From Bdellovibrionales bacterium (GTDB taxonomy: Bacteria; Bdellovibrionota; Bdellovibrionia; Bdellovibrionales; UBA1609): 64,000 bases of DNA. The stretch is from assembly GCA_027317865.1 (NCBI GenBank), contig DAHVQG010000005.1, positions 128,001 through 192,000 on the forward strand. The letters run 5' to 3'. Below, in pieces: positions 18,914 through 28,108 of the stretch. Both the position numbers and the translations under genes were made by a program. The notes below the pieces were generated by a model. That model ran no database searches. It had not been told where the DNA came from and worked only from the letters and a program-made list of their open reading frames with translations. The first letter of the stretch is position 1. Each line of letters begins with the position of its first letter.

Positions 18914-19972
18914 ATGTGGAAATATATTGTTCGAAGACTTCTGATTATGATCCCGACGCTGTTCGGGATCTGTCTTTTTTCGTTTGTCATTATTAATATG
19001 GCTCCGGGTGGTCCGATTGAACAGCGGATCGAGCAACTTCGATTCGCTGGGGCGGCCGGCGGTTTTGCGGGGCGCGGTGGTAGTGAGGCGCTCGCCAACA
19101 GCCAGTCCGGAATTCCACAGAACGTGATTAATGCGCTAAAAAAACAGTACGGTTTTGATAAACCGTTACCGGTCCGTTTTTGGATTTGGCTCAAAGATGT
19201 TTGCACTCTAAATTTTGGCAATAGCTTTAGTTATGACGAGCCTGTCACTCAGCTCATACTAAGCAAAATGCCGGTGTCGTTACAGTTCGGAATTGCCTCA
19301 CTTATTCTTACATACCTCGTGTGTATTCCGCTTGGAGTGATGAAGGCGGTGCGCGATGGTACGCCTTTTGATTCCGTATCGAGTTTTATTTTGTTTCTTC
19401 TCTATTCAATCCCGCCGCTCATGCTTGGAATTTTGCTTATGGTTTATTTTGCCGGTGGTTCGTATTTTCATTGGTTCCCGGCCATAGGCACTATTTCTGA
19501 TAATTACGCGTCACTTACGTTTTGGGGCAAAGTGTGGGACCGAGTTCATCACTTTGTATTGCCGCTCATTTGTTACATGGTTAACAGTTTTACCGCCCTC
19601 ACGTTTTTGATGAAAAACTCGCTTCTTGACGAGATTCGACTTGAATATGTGCGCACGGCTCGCGCCAAAGGTTTGAGCGAAAAAATTGTCGTGTATAAAC
19701 ATGCATTGCGCAACGCCTTGATTCCGATCGTCACAGGGATGGGCGGATTTTTGGGAATATTCTTAGCGGGTTCTATTATCATCGAACAGATTTTTTCACT
19801 CGATGGTATCGGTCTTTTAGGTTACAACTCGGCACTCAGCCGCGACTACAACGTTCTAATGGCGCTTATTTTTATTTCAGCCGTATTAACGCTGTTTGGC
19901 CGACTTATCAGTGATTTGCTTTATGTTGTTGTCGACCCGCGCATTCACTTCGACGGGCGAGACGATGGTTAA
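18914..19972 (+). CDS. Peptide ABC permease (YejB/OppB-like)
   Basis: YIVRRLLIMIPTL, APGGPIEQ, YVRTARAKGL, VVDPRI. Confidence 0.93.
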   Translation: MWKYIVRRLLIMIPTLFGICLFSFVIINMAPGGPIEQRIEQLRFAGAAGGFAGRGGSEALANSQSGIPQNVINALKKQYGFDKPLPVRFWIWLKDVCTLNFGNSFSYDEPVTQLILSKMPVSLQFGIASLILTYLVCIPLGVMKAVRDGTPFDSVSSFILFLLYSIPPLMLGILLMVYFAGGSYFHWFPAIGTISDNYASLTFWGKVWDRVHHFVLPLICYMVNSFTALTFLMKNSLLDEIRLEYVRTARAKGLSEKIVVYKHALRNALIPIVTGMGGFLGIFLAGSIIIEQIFSLDGIGLLGYNSALSRDYNVLMALIFISAVLTLFGRLISDLLYVVVDPRIHFDGRDDG

Positions 19973-19999
19973 CGGTATGACAATAGTTGAAGGACATCG

Positions 20000-21022
20000 A
20001 TGATCGAGCGCTGGGTACAAAATCCGCTGCTTTTAAAACGCATTCGCCGCTTTAAGAAAATGAAGCGGGCGGTTGTCGCGTCTTGGATTTTTGCTTTTAT
20101 GCTCCTTTTGAGCCTGACGGCCAATTTGTGGGCAAATTCAAAACCGATTGTAATGGATTTTCACGGCAAGATTTATTGGCCCGTTTTTAAATCCTATTAC
20201 CCCACAGTATTTGGCGAGAATAACAGGCTCATTACCAATTATCGCAAATTAAAACTTGGCAAAGGTGACTGGGCCATTTGGCCACCGGTTCGGTGGAACC
20301 CGTATGAAAGCAACTTGTCTGTTGCGAATTATCCATCCCCACCATCAAAGCAAAATTGGTTTGGAACAGATTCAAGCGGCCGCGACGTTCTATCACGTCT
20401 TATTTATGGATTTCGCTACAGTATTTCTTACGCACTTCTCGTATGGATCGCAACTTATGTTTTGGGGACAATTGCCGGTGCGATCATGGGATATTGGGGC
20501 GGGCCAATTGATTTGTGGGGCCAGCGTGTGGTTGAGGTTTTTGAATCGATGCCGGGGCTACTACTGCTCATCACATTAATTTCGATTTTCAGCGCGACCC
20601 TGCCTCTGTTGATTGTATTTACAACCATTTTCGGTTGGATGTCGATTTCGCTTTATATGCGCGCTGAGTTTTTACGTCTTCGCAATCGCGAGTTTGTTGA
20701 AAGCGCGCGCGCGCTCGGCGCCTCGCGCTGGCGAGTGATTTTTGGACACATTTTGCCAAATGCTTTGAGCCCAATTTTCACCTTCAGTTCGTTTTCTATC
20801 GCGAGTTCCATAGCTTCATTAGCCGCTTTGGATTATTTGGGATTTGGTCTTCCGCCGCCAACTCCGAGTTGGGGCGAGCTTTTAAATGAAGCTCAAAAGA
20901 ACTTTACTATTGCCTGGTGGCTCGCGGTTTTTCCTTCGCTTGCGTTGTTTATTACGCTAGTTGTTCTGAATTTAATTGGTGAAGGAGTGCGTGAAGCATT
21001 CGATCCGCGCAAAGTGAGTTAG
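20000..21022 (+). CDS. Peptide ABC permease (YejE/OppC-like)
   Basis: FGTDSSGRDV, EFVESARALGA, PTPSWG, EAFDPR. Confidence 0.93.
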   Translation: MIERWVQNPLLLKRIRRFKKMKRAVVASWIFAFMLLLSLTANLWANSKPIVMDFHGKIYWPVFKSYYPTVFGENNRLITNYRKLKLGKGDWAIWPPVRWNPYESNLSVANYPSPPSKQNWFGTDSSGRDVLSRLIYGFRYSISYALLVWIATYVLGTIAGAIMGYWGGPIDLWGQRVVEVFESMPGLLLLITLISIFSATLPLLIVFTTIFGWMSISLYMRAEFLRLRNREFVESARALGASRWRVIFGHILPNALSPIFTFSSFSIASSIASLAALDYLGFGLPPPTPSWGELLNEAQKNFTIAWWLAVFPSLALFITLVVLNLIGEGVREAFDPRKVS

Positions 21023-21069
21023 TCTAGGCTGACGTAGCGTCAAGGTCGCAAAAAACTGCAAATCAAAAT

Positions 21070-23004
21070 TTAATCTTCGAGGTATGTATAACCAGCAAGG
21101 CCTTCTTCGTAATGTTTCATGAGAAGCCGTGCCTCGGTATGACTGAGAGAACCCGATAAAATTGATTGTTCGGTTGCCTTGCGCACAAGTTCAACAAGTT
21201 CAGACCGGCCGTAGTCGAGGTAACTCAAAACTTCAGTAACCGTGTCACCGTAAAGAACGTGGTCAACCGTGTAAGTGCCGTTTTCGTTGATCGTAATATG
21301 AACGGTATCTGTGTCGCCAAATAGATTGTGAAGATCGCCCAATATTTCTTGATAAGCTCCGGCAAGAAACGCTCCCAAATAATAGGGTTGACCGGGGATT
21401 AGATCGTGAACCTCGATATAGCCTTGTTCGCTGCCCGCGTCGGTGTCGATAAAATGTTCAAGTTTGCCGTCTGAATCGCAAGTCAGATCGGCAATGGTCG
21501 CGCGACGGTCAGGTCGTTCTTCTAATCGATGAATTGGCATTACCGGAAAAACTTGATTAACAGCCCATGAATCGGGCAGAGACTGAAACACAGAAAAATT
21601 ACAAAAATACGTATCAGAGAGTTCTCTTTGTAAATTCCAATAAATGTCTTCGGCGTCGGCTCCCGCGTCTTTCGCAATTTTGGTCATCTTCGTTGAAATC
21701 GCCCAGTATAAATCTTCGGCTTTTGCGCGTTGTTCGAGACTGAGGCCGCCAAACGAAAAGAGTTGCAAGGTGTCGTTTTTCTTCTCAATGAGATCGTTAT
21801 AAAACTCGTTGATATTTTTGTGATTCACATTTTCATAAATGTAGAGAAGGTCTTTGACGAGCAAAGAATCTTTTTTATCGATCGTAAACGGTAACGAATG
21901 TTTTTGTACTTCGTTCATGCCGAGCACGTCAAAAATCAAAATTGAACTGTGAGCCACGAGCGCACGACCGGATTCTGAAATGATATTGGGATGGGGTACG
22001 TTGCGTTCATCACAAATCGCTTGCAAAATTGACACGACGTCGTTGGCGTATTCCTGTTCACTGTAATTGGTCGAACTGTCTGTTTTTCCGGTACCATCGT
22101 AATCAACACCAAGACCGCCGCCGACATCGATATATTTGGGGGATGCGCCGAGGGTAAATAGTTCGGTAAAAAATCGAGCCGCTTCTTTAATAGATGCCTT
22201 AATCGCTTGAATCGAAGGCACCTGCGAACCGATGTGAAAGTGCAAAAGCTCGAGACAGTCGAGCATGTTTTCATTTTTTAAAATGTCGATCGCGTGCACA
22301 ATTTCAGATGGAGTGAGCCCAAACTTCGATCGAGCTCCTGAAGACTCGACCCACTTGCCCGAACCTTGCGTATTAAGTTTGGCACGAAATCCGATCTTGG
22401 GTTTAATATTCAATTTTTTTGATGAAGCGATGATGATCGAAAGTTCGGCCAAACGATCAACAACGATAAACGTGCTACGCCCCAATTTTTGCGACAAAAG
22501 CGCCGTTTCAATATACTCGACGTCTTTAAAACCGTTGCAGATAATGTGCGCATGCGGGGTATCCATAAACGCGAGCGCAATCAAAAGTTCGGGTTTACTG
22601 CCGCACTCAAGTCCGAGACTATTTTCTTTACCGAAATCGACAATTTCTTCAAGAAGGTGGCGTTGCTGATTGACTTTAATCGGATAAACGCCCGTGTAGG
22701 TACCTTGAAAACCATTCTCTCGAATTGAGTTCTGAAAACACTGCGAGATAAGAGCCACACGGGTCTGAACTATGTTGGGAATTCGAACTAAAATCGGCGG
22801 GCGGACACCACGATCAACAAGATCTTGAACTAGGCGATGCAGATCAAGTCCTGGTTTGTCTTTAAATGCCGTCACTTCGACATTGCCGGAGGAGTTTATG
22901 CGAAAAAACCCTGAACCCCAACTGTTGATGCCGTAAAGCTCCGCACTTTTTTCAACCGACCAGCTCATATTTGGCTCGTGGCCCGTCTCCATTTCGAAGT
23001 TCAC
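21070..23004 (-). CDS. speA: Biosynthetic arginine decarboxylase
   Basis: YPIKVNQ, GSKPEL, HFHIGSQ, DVGGGLGVDYDG, DLTCDSDG, GAYQEILGDLHNLFG; start could be slightly downstream. Confidence 0.96.
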   Translation of the reverse strand: MNFEMETGHEPNMSWSVEKSAELYGINSWGSGFFRINSSGNVEVTAFKDKPGLDLHRLVQDLVDRGVRPPILVRIPNIVQTRVALISQCFQNSIRENGFQGTYTGVYPIKVNQQRHLLEEIVDFGKENSLGLECGSKPELLIALAFMDTPHAHIICNGFKDVEYIETALLSQKLGRSTFIVVDRLAELSIIIASSKKLNIKPKIGFRAKLNTQGSGKWVESSGARSKFGLTPSEIVHAIDILKNENMLDCLELLHFHIGSQVPSIQAIKASIKEAARFFTELFTLGASPKYIDVGGGLGVDYDGTGKTDSSTNYSEQEYANDVVSILQAICDERNVPHPNIISESGRALVAHSSILIFDVLGMNEVQKHSLPFTIDKKDSLLVKDLLYIYENVNHKNINEFYNDLIEKKNDTLQLFSFGGLSLEQRAKAEDLYWAISTKMTKIAKDAGADAEDIYWNLQRELSDTYFCNFSVFQSLPDSWAVNQVFPVMPIHRLEERPDRRATIADLTCDSDGKLEHFIDTDAGSEQGYIEVHDLIPGQPYYLGAFLAGAYQEILGDLHNLFGDTDTVHITINENGTYTVDHVLYGDTVTEVLSYLDYGRSELVELVRKATEQSILSGSLSHTEARLLMKHYEEGLAGYTYLED

Positions 23005-23010
23005 TTTAGT

Positions 23011-25395
23011 TCACTTCACAATCAAATTCAAAATTTTGCCAGGTTTATAAATGACCTTCGTTAATGCCATACTTCCTATGGCATTCGCAACTGTATTTAT
23101 CGATTTTGCCAACTTTATCGCTTCTTCTTCGGTTGTAGTGGCGCTCACTCGAATGCTCCCGCGGGCTTTGCCGTTCACTTGCACGCCCATCTCTATTGTA
23201 TCGTCGATCGTTAGAGCCTCATCGTAGCTCGGCCAGGGCGCCAGAGAAACCAAACCTTCGCCTCCTAACCGATTCCAAATCTCTTCTGCTATGTGTGGTG
23301 CAAATGGGGCCATGAGCTGCGACAGCGTTCTAAGCATGGCTCGGGGGCGGACGTCAGCTTTGTAAATATCGTTCGTTAAAATCATCATAGCCGATACGGC
23401 CGTGTTGAAATTGAGAGATTCGATGTCTTCTCCCACTTTCTTTATTGTTTTGTGGAGCTGCTTGAGGAGTGTTTCAGGTATGTGATCCGCATCGCTGACA
23501 ACAATTTTGTCATTTTCGTCGAAGCACAATCGCCAGACGCGATCAAGAAAACGGCGCACCCCCTCGATGCCTTTTGTATCCCATGGTTTATCTTTATCAA
23601 ACGGGCCGAGAAACGAAATGTACATGCGGCAGGCGTCGGCGCCGTAAGCGTTGCGGACGTCATCGGGATTGACGACGTTGCCTCGCGACTTGGACATGCG
23701 TTGGCCGTCCGGCCCCATGACAACGCCTTGGTGAACGAGCTTTTGGAATGGCTCATCCGTCGAAACTAGGCCGCAATCGTATAAAACCTTATGCCAAAAT
23801 CGAGAATACAGCAGGTGGCCAACGGTGTGTTCGGCGCCGCCGAGATAGAGATCAACCGGCATCCAATATTTTTGCGCTTCAAACGAAAACGGCGCCGTTT
23901 TATTTTTCGGATCTGTATATCTCAAAAAATACCAGCTTGAGCCGGCTGATCCGGGCATTGTGTCGGTATCGCGTTTAGCGCCGCTGGGGTGGTTGACAAA
24001 GTTCGGCACCCGCGCAAGCGGAGGTTCACCTTTTTCTGTTGGTTGGTAATCAGCGACTTCGGGTAGTGTGAGCGGCAATTCTTCAAATGGCAATGCCCGT
24101 GTCGAGCCGTCGTTTTCGTGGAGAATTGGAATGGGCTCTCCCCAATAGCGTTGTCGGCTAAAAAGCCAATCGCGAAGTTTATATTGAATTTTTCGCTCGC
24201 CGAGTTTGCGTTTTTCAACTTCTTCAATTGCGCGCGAAATCGCGGCCGTTTTAGTTAGCCCGTTTAAAAAATCGGAATTTACCGCAACGCCGTCGCCTTC
24301 AAATGGGAGGGCATCTCCTCCCTCTACAACTTTGACAATTGGTAAACTGAATTTAGTGGCAAACTCGAAATCACGCGCGTCATGTGCGGGTACCGCCATT
24401 ATGGCTCCGGTACCGTAATCCATGAGGACGTAATCGGCTATCCAGACGGGGATCTGAGTCTTAGTAAACGGATTCATTGCATAGGAGCCCGTGAATACTC
24501 CCGTTTTTTCGTTAGCGACTTTTCGGTCCACTTCGCTTTTTTGCTTGGTGCGTTCACAATAAGAGCGCACGGCGCTTTTTTGATCCGCAGTGGTGAGTTT
24601 TGTAACAAGTGGATGCTCAGGCGCTAAAACCATAAAAGTCGCGCCATAAATAGTGTCAGGTCGGGTCGTGAAAATTTCGATGGAACCGGCTGGCGATTCA
24701 AACCGTACAAGTGCCCCTTCGCTTTTGCCAATCCAGTTGCGTTGCCCTTCTTTGGTGGCTTCAGGCCAATCAACGGTATCAAGACCGCTAAGTAAGCGCT
24801 CCGCATACTCGGTGATTTTCAACATCCACTGGCGCATATTCACGCGCACGACCGGGTGGCCCCCGCGCTCGCTTTTGCCGTCGACGACTTCTTCATTGGC
24901 CAAAACCGTGCGAAGTTCGGGGCACCAGTTTACGGGCGCTTCTTTTTGATAAGCAAGTCCGCGTTCATAGAGTTTTAAAAAAATAAACTGTGTCCATTTA
25001 TAAAATTCCGGCTCGCATGTTGAAACTTCACGATTCCAATCGAAACTATACCCGAACGACTGCAGTTGCCGCCGAAAGTTGGCGATGGCCTTATTGGTGG
25101 TAGTAGCGGGATGAATGCCAGTCTGAATCGCATACTGTTCAGCCGGAAGTCCAAAAGCATCGTAGCCCATGGGGTGAAGTACATTAAATCCACGTGCACG
25201 TTTATAACGAGCTACAATGTCTGTAGGCGTATACGAAGCAAGGTGACCGACGTGAAGGCCGGCTCCTGATGGATATGGGAACATATCCAGCGCGTAGAAC
25301 TTCGGGCGTTGAGGGTCCAGGTGCGCTGCAAAACTTTGTTGATCAGCCCATACCTTTTGCCATTTGCTTTCAATTTCTAAGTGTCGAAAAGCCAT
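23011..25395 (-). CDS. leuS: Leucine--tRNA ligase
   Basis: MFPYPSGAGLHVGH, FTTRPDT, RMSKS. Confidence 0.98.
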   Translation of the reverse strand: MAFRHLEIESKWQKVWADQQSFAAHLDPQRPKFYALDMFPYPSGAGLHVGHLASYTPTDIVARYKRARGFNVLHPMGYDAFGLPAEQYAIQTGIHPATTTNKAIANFRRQLQSFGYSFDWNREVSTCEPEFYKWTQFIFLKLYERGLAYQKEAPVNWCPELRTVLANEEVVDGKSERGGHPVVRVNMRQWMLKITEYAERLLSGLDTVDWPEATKEGQRNWIGKSEGALVRFESPAGSIEIFTTRPDTIYGATFMVLAPEHPLVTKLTTADQKSAVRSYCERTKQKSEVDRKVANEKTGVFTGSYAMNPFTKTQIPVWIADYVLMDYGTGAIMAVPAHDARDFEFATKFSLPIVKVVEGGDALPFEGDGVAVNSDFLNGLTKTAAISRAIEEVEKRKLGERKIQYKLRDWLFSRQRYWGEPIPILHENDGSTRALPFEELPLTLPEVADYQPTEKGEPPLARVPNFVNHPSGAKRDTDTMPGSAGSSWYFLRYTDPKNKTAPFSFEAQKYWMPVDLYLGGAEHTVGHLLYSRFWHKVLYDCGLVSTDEPFQKLVHQGVVMGPDGQRMSKSRGNVVNPDDVRNAYGADACRMYISFLGPFDKDKPWDTKGIEGVRRFLDRVWRLCFDENDKIVVSDADHIPETLLKQLHKTIKKVGEDIESLNFNTAVSAMMILTNDIYKADVRPRAMLRTLSQLMAPFAPHIAEEIWNRLGGEGLVSLAPWPSYDEALTIDDTIEMGVQVNGKARGSIRVSATTTEEEAIKLAKSINTVANAIGSMALTKVIYKPGKILNLIVK

Positions 25396-25415
25396 GTCTC
25401 CGTTATTCTAAGAGT

Positions 25416-26411
25416 ATGTCTTCAAAGTCGCAAAACGAAAAAAGAAAAATTTTAGCGGTCGACGACGACTCTGAAAGCCTTAAGATCATCAGTCAAGCCT
25501 TGCTTTGGGAGGGTTATCAGATCGAAACGGCGACTTCCGGCCGTGAAGCGCTCGACAAAATCGCCAATTGGGCGCCAAACCTGGTTCTACTTGACGTGAA
25601 TATGCCCGATTTAGACGGCCTCGATACGCTAAAACTGTTACGAAAAAGCGCCGATTACGTGACGACGATTTTCGTTTCTGCACAGTCCGAATCAGAAGAC
25701 ATCATTCGCGGGCTTGATGCGGGCGCGGACGATTATATATGTAAGCCGTTTAACCCGGCGGAACTTTTGGCGCGCATACGCTGCCACCTTCGCATCAAAG
25801 ACATTCGCGATGAATTGAATCGTGCCAACTCGAAGCTCAAAGAACTTGTTGATACAGACGACCTCACGGGTCTTTTTAATATGCGTTCTCTTTATCAGAA
25901 ACTCGATTTTGAGATTAACCGTGCAGCTCGCTATGACCGAATGGTCTCAGCCATCATGCTCGATATGGATCATTTCAAACTGGTTAACGACGGCAATGAC
26001 CATCTTTTTGGCAGTTTTGTGTTGTCACAAATAGGCCAGATTATTCGCGACAATATTCGAAATGTCGATTTTGGAGCGCGCTACGGCGGCGACGAATTTC
26101 TCGTGATTTTGACAGAGACGAGTCTTGAGGGGACACGGGTTTTTTGCGAGCGTCTGCGACATCTTATTGAATCTCATATCTTTCAAAACGAACAACATCA
26201 TCAGCAAATGACCGCCAGTTTTGGTTTTGCCGTCGCCGGACACGAAAATAGAGGTATCGACGCGCGTACACTTGTGCGTTATGCTGACCGCGCTTTGTAC
26301 CGTGCTAAAGAAAGCGGCCGCAATTGCGTCGTGGGACATGAAACTGACAACGATAATTTCGCTCAAAAGCCTCAGGTTTATTTTCGCGCGACCAAACGCC
26401 GATCGGGGTAG
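25416..26411 (+). CDS. REC-GGDEF dinucleotide cyclase, Hypr type
   Basis: Receiver domain; DMDHFKLVNDGNDHLFGS, I-site RNVD, YGGDEF. Confidence 0.9.
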   Translation: MSSKSQNEKRKILAVDDDSESLKIISQALLWEGYQIETATSGREALDKIANWAPNLVLLDVNMPDLDGLDTLKLLRKSADYVTTIFVSAQSESEDIIRGLDAGADDYICKPFNPAELLARIRCHLRIKDIRDELNRANSKLKELVDTDDLTGLFNMRSLYQKLDFEINRAARYDRMVSAIMLDMDHFKLVNDGNDHLFGSFVLSQIGQIIRDNIRNVDFGARYGGDEFLVILTETSLEGTRVFCERLRHLIESHIFQNEQHHQQMTASFGFAVAGHENRGIDARTLVRYADRALYRAKESGRNCVVGHETDNDNFAQKPQVYFRATKRRSG

Positions 26412-26417
26412 ACCCCA

Positions 26418-27422
26418 ATGACCGATAACTCCGCGCTTTCGAATCGCACCTCAAGAATTCGCTCCATTGCCGCGTATGCCTCATTGCTGATTAGCATTGT
26501 TGTTTTATTCTTGAAAATTTGGGCCTTTCATAAAACCGGGTCTCAGGCCATTTACTCCGATGCGGTCGAGAGTATTGTGAATATTATTACGGCCATCGTT
26601 GCCATTGGCGTTATTGTTTACGCATCAAAGCCGGTGGATAAGGATCATCCCTACGGTCACGGCAAAATCGAATATGTTTCGGCGGCATTTGAAGGTGGGC
26701 TAATTTCATTTGCCGCAATTCTCGTTATTTTTGATGCGGTCAAGGCGCAATTTCATCACGAACAGCTCAGCCAACTTTCGGCGGGTCTTTGGCTTCTCGT
26801 TGCTTGCGCACTCATTAACTGGGGCGCCGGTTATTTTCTAAAATTTATGGGCAAAAAACATGCCTCGCCGGCTCTCGAGTCGTCAGGAGTTCATCTTCTT
26901 ACTGATTTTGGCACCACAGTTGGCGCCCTTGTCGGCGTTGCCCTTGTCAAATCGACTGGATTAAATTGGATTGACCGTGCGGTTGCGGTATTGCTCGGGT
27001 TATGGATGGGTTCAGTTGGGTTAAAATTGGTTCGACAGTCGGCTTCGGGTCTACTTGATGCCGAAGATCTCAAGCTCTTAGAGCGCCTTGCCGTACTATT
27101 CCAAAAATTTGCATCGAATGGAATCATTCAAATTCATCACGCGCGCATCATTCGATCGGGGTGGTATCATCATATAGATGCCCATGTTGTTGTTCCTGAA
27201 TTTTGGAGCATCAACGAAGCCCACGCGCGTCTTGAGCAATTTGAGGCGTCGGTATTTGAAGCTTATGGTTATAGAGGAGAGGCCAATTTTCATCTCGACC
27301 CATGTAAGCGAAAATACTGCGCCGGTTGCGACTTTCCGGATTGTCCTGTGCGCCGTGAAAAATTTGTCCGTCGCATGCCCGTTGTACTGGAACATTTACG
27401 TTCTAAAGAAGAACCGGTATAG
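26418..27422 (+). CDS. Cation diffusion facilitator with Cys-rich C-terminus
   Basis: SDAVES, HPYGHGKIE, HLLTD; HLDPCKRKYCAGCDFPDC. Confidence 0.92.
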   Translation: MTDNSALSNRTSRIRSIAAYASLLISIVVLFLKIWAFHKTGSQAIYSDAVESIVNIITAIVAIGVIVYASKPVDKDHPYGHGKIEYVSAAFEGGLISFAAILVIFDAVKAQFHHEQLSQLSAGLWLLVACALINWGAGYFLKFMGKKHASPALESSGVHLLTDFGTTVGALVGVALVKSTGLNWIDRAVAVLLGLWMGSVGLKLVRQSASGLLDAEDLKLLERLAVLFQKFASNGIIQIHHARIIRSGWYHHIDAHVVVPEFWSINEAHARLEQFEASVFEAYGYRGEANFHLDPCKRKYCAGCDFPDCPVRREKFVRRMPVVLEHLRSKEEPV

Positions 27423-27432
27423 CATTTTTCAA

Positions 27433-28104
27433 ATGCGATTTTCAAGCGAGATCAAGAATCCAACTTATTATGTTCAGGCGCTGCACGGTGAATATTCCCA
27501 GTGGGCCTATGCCGAGCAAAAAGCGGCCAACATGAAGGGCCACTGGCGCGAATCGGCTTTTGGCGATACGGCAGAAATACCGATTGATCTTGAGATTGGC
27601 ACGGGCAATGGTTTTTTTTTCGCCCATCGCGCGGCCCAGTTTCGTAATCGCCGTCTTGTCGGGATTGAAATTAAGTTTAAACCGCTCATTCAATCTATTC
27701 GTCGCGCACTTGCTAACAATTGCCAAAACGCTCGCGTCGTGCGTTATCATGCCGCTCGTATTGATGAACTATTCGCTCAAAGCGAGATTAACGATATTTT
27801 TGTTCATCATCCGGACCCATGGGAACACCCTCGTAAGCACAAACGGCGACTTCTCAATCATGATTATTTAAATAAATTATTTAATCTGCAGCTAACGGGC
27901 TCGGTTCTTGAATTTAAAACAGATAGCAAAGATTATTTTGTGTGGGCAAAAAAAGAGATTGAAATGACCCCATATCGACTCGAACGGTATACCGAGGATT
28001 TGCACGGCTCGGAATGGGCCAGCGAAAATTTCGTGACCCACTTTGAAAGCATATTCATCAAAAAGGGACTACCTATTTATTATATGCGGTTAATGCGCCC
28101 GTAG
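27433..28104 (+). CDS. trmB: tRNA (guanine-N7)-methyltransferase
   Basis: LEIGTGNG, HPDPW, KRRL, FKTD, THFE. Confidence 0.92.
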   Translation: MRFSSEIKNPTYYVQALHGEYSQWAYAEQKAANMKGHWRESAFGDTAEIPIDLEIGTGNGFFFAHRAAQFRNRRLVGIEIKFKPLIQSIRRALANNCQNARVVRYHAARIDELFAQSEINDIFVHHPDPWEHPRKHKRRLLNHDYLNKLFNLQLTGSVLEFKTDSKDYFVWAKKEIEMTPYRLERYTEDLHGSEWASENFVTHFESIFIKKGLPIYYMRLMRP

Positions 28105-28108
28105 GTTT

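Noticed and set aside
25269-25415. Long ORF-track N-termini of the GGDEF gene (also hmgA, trmB, yejB-like, 28109 lipoprotein)
   Set aside because: They overlap neighbouring genes; downstream starts fit SD/promoter signals and domain boundaries
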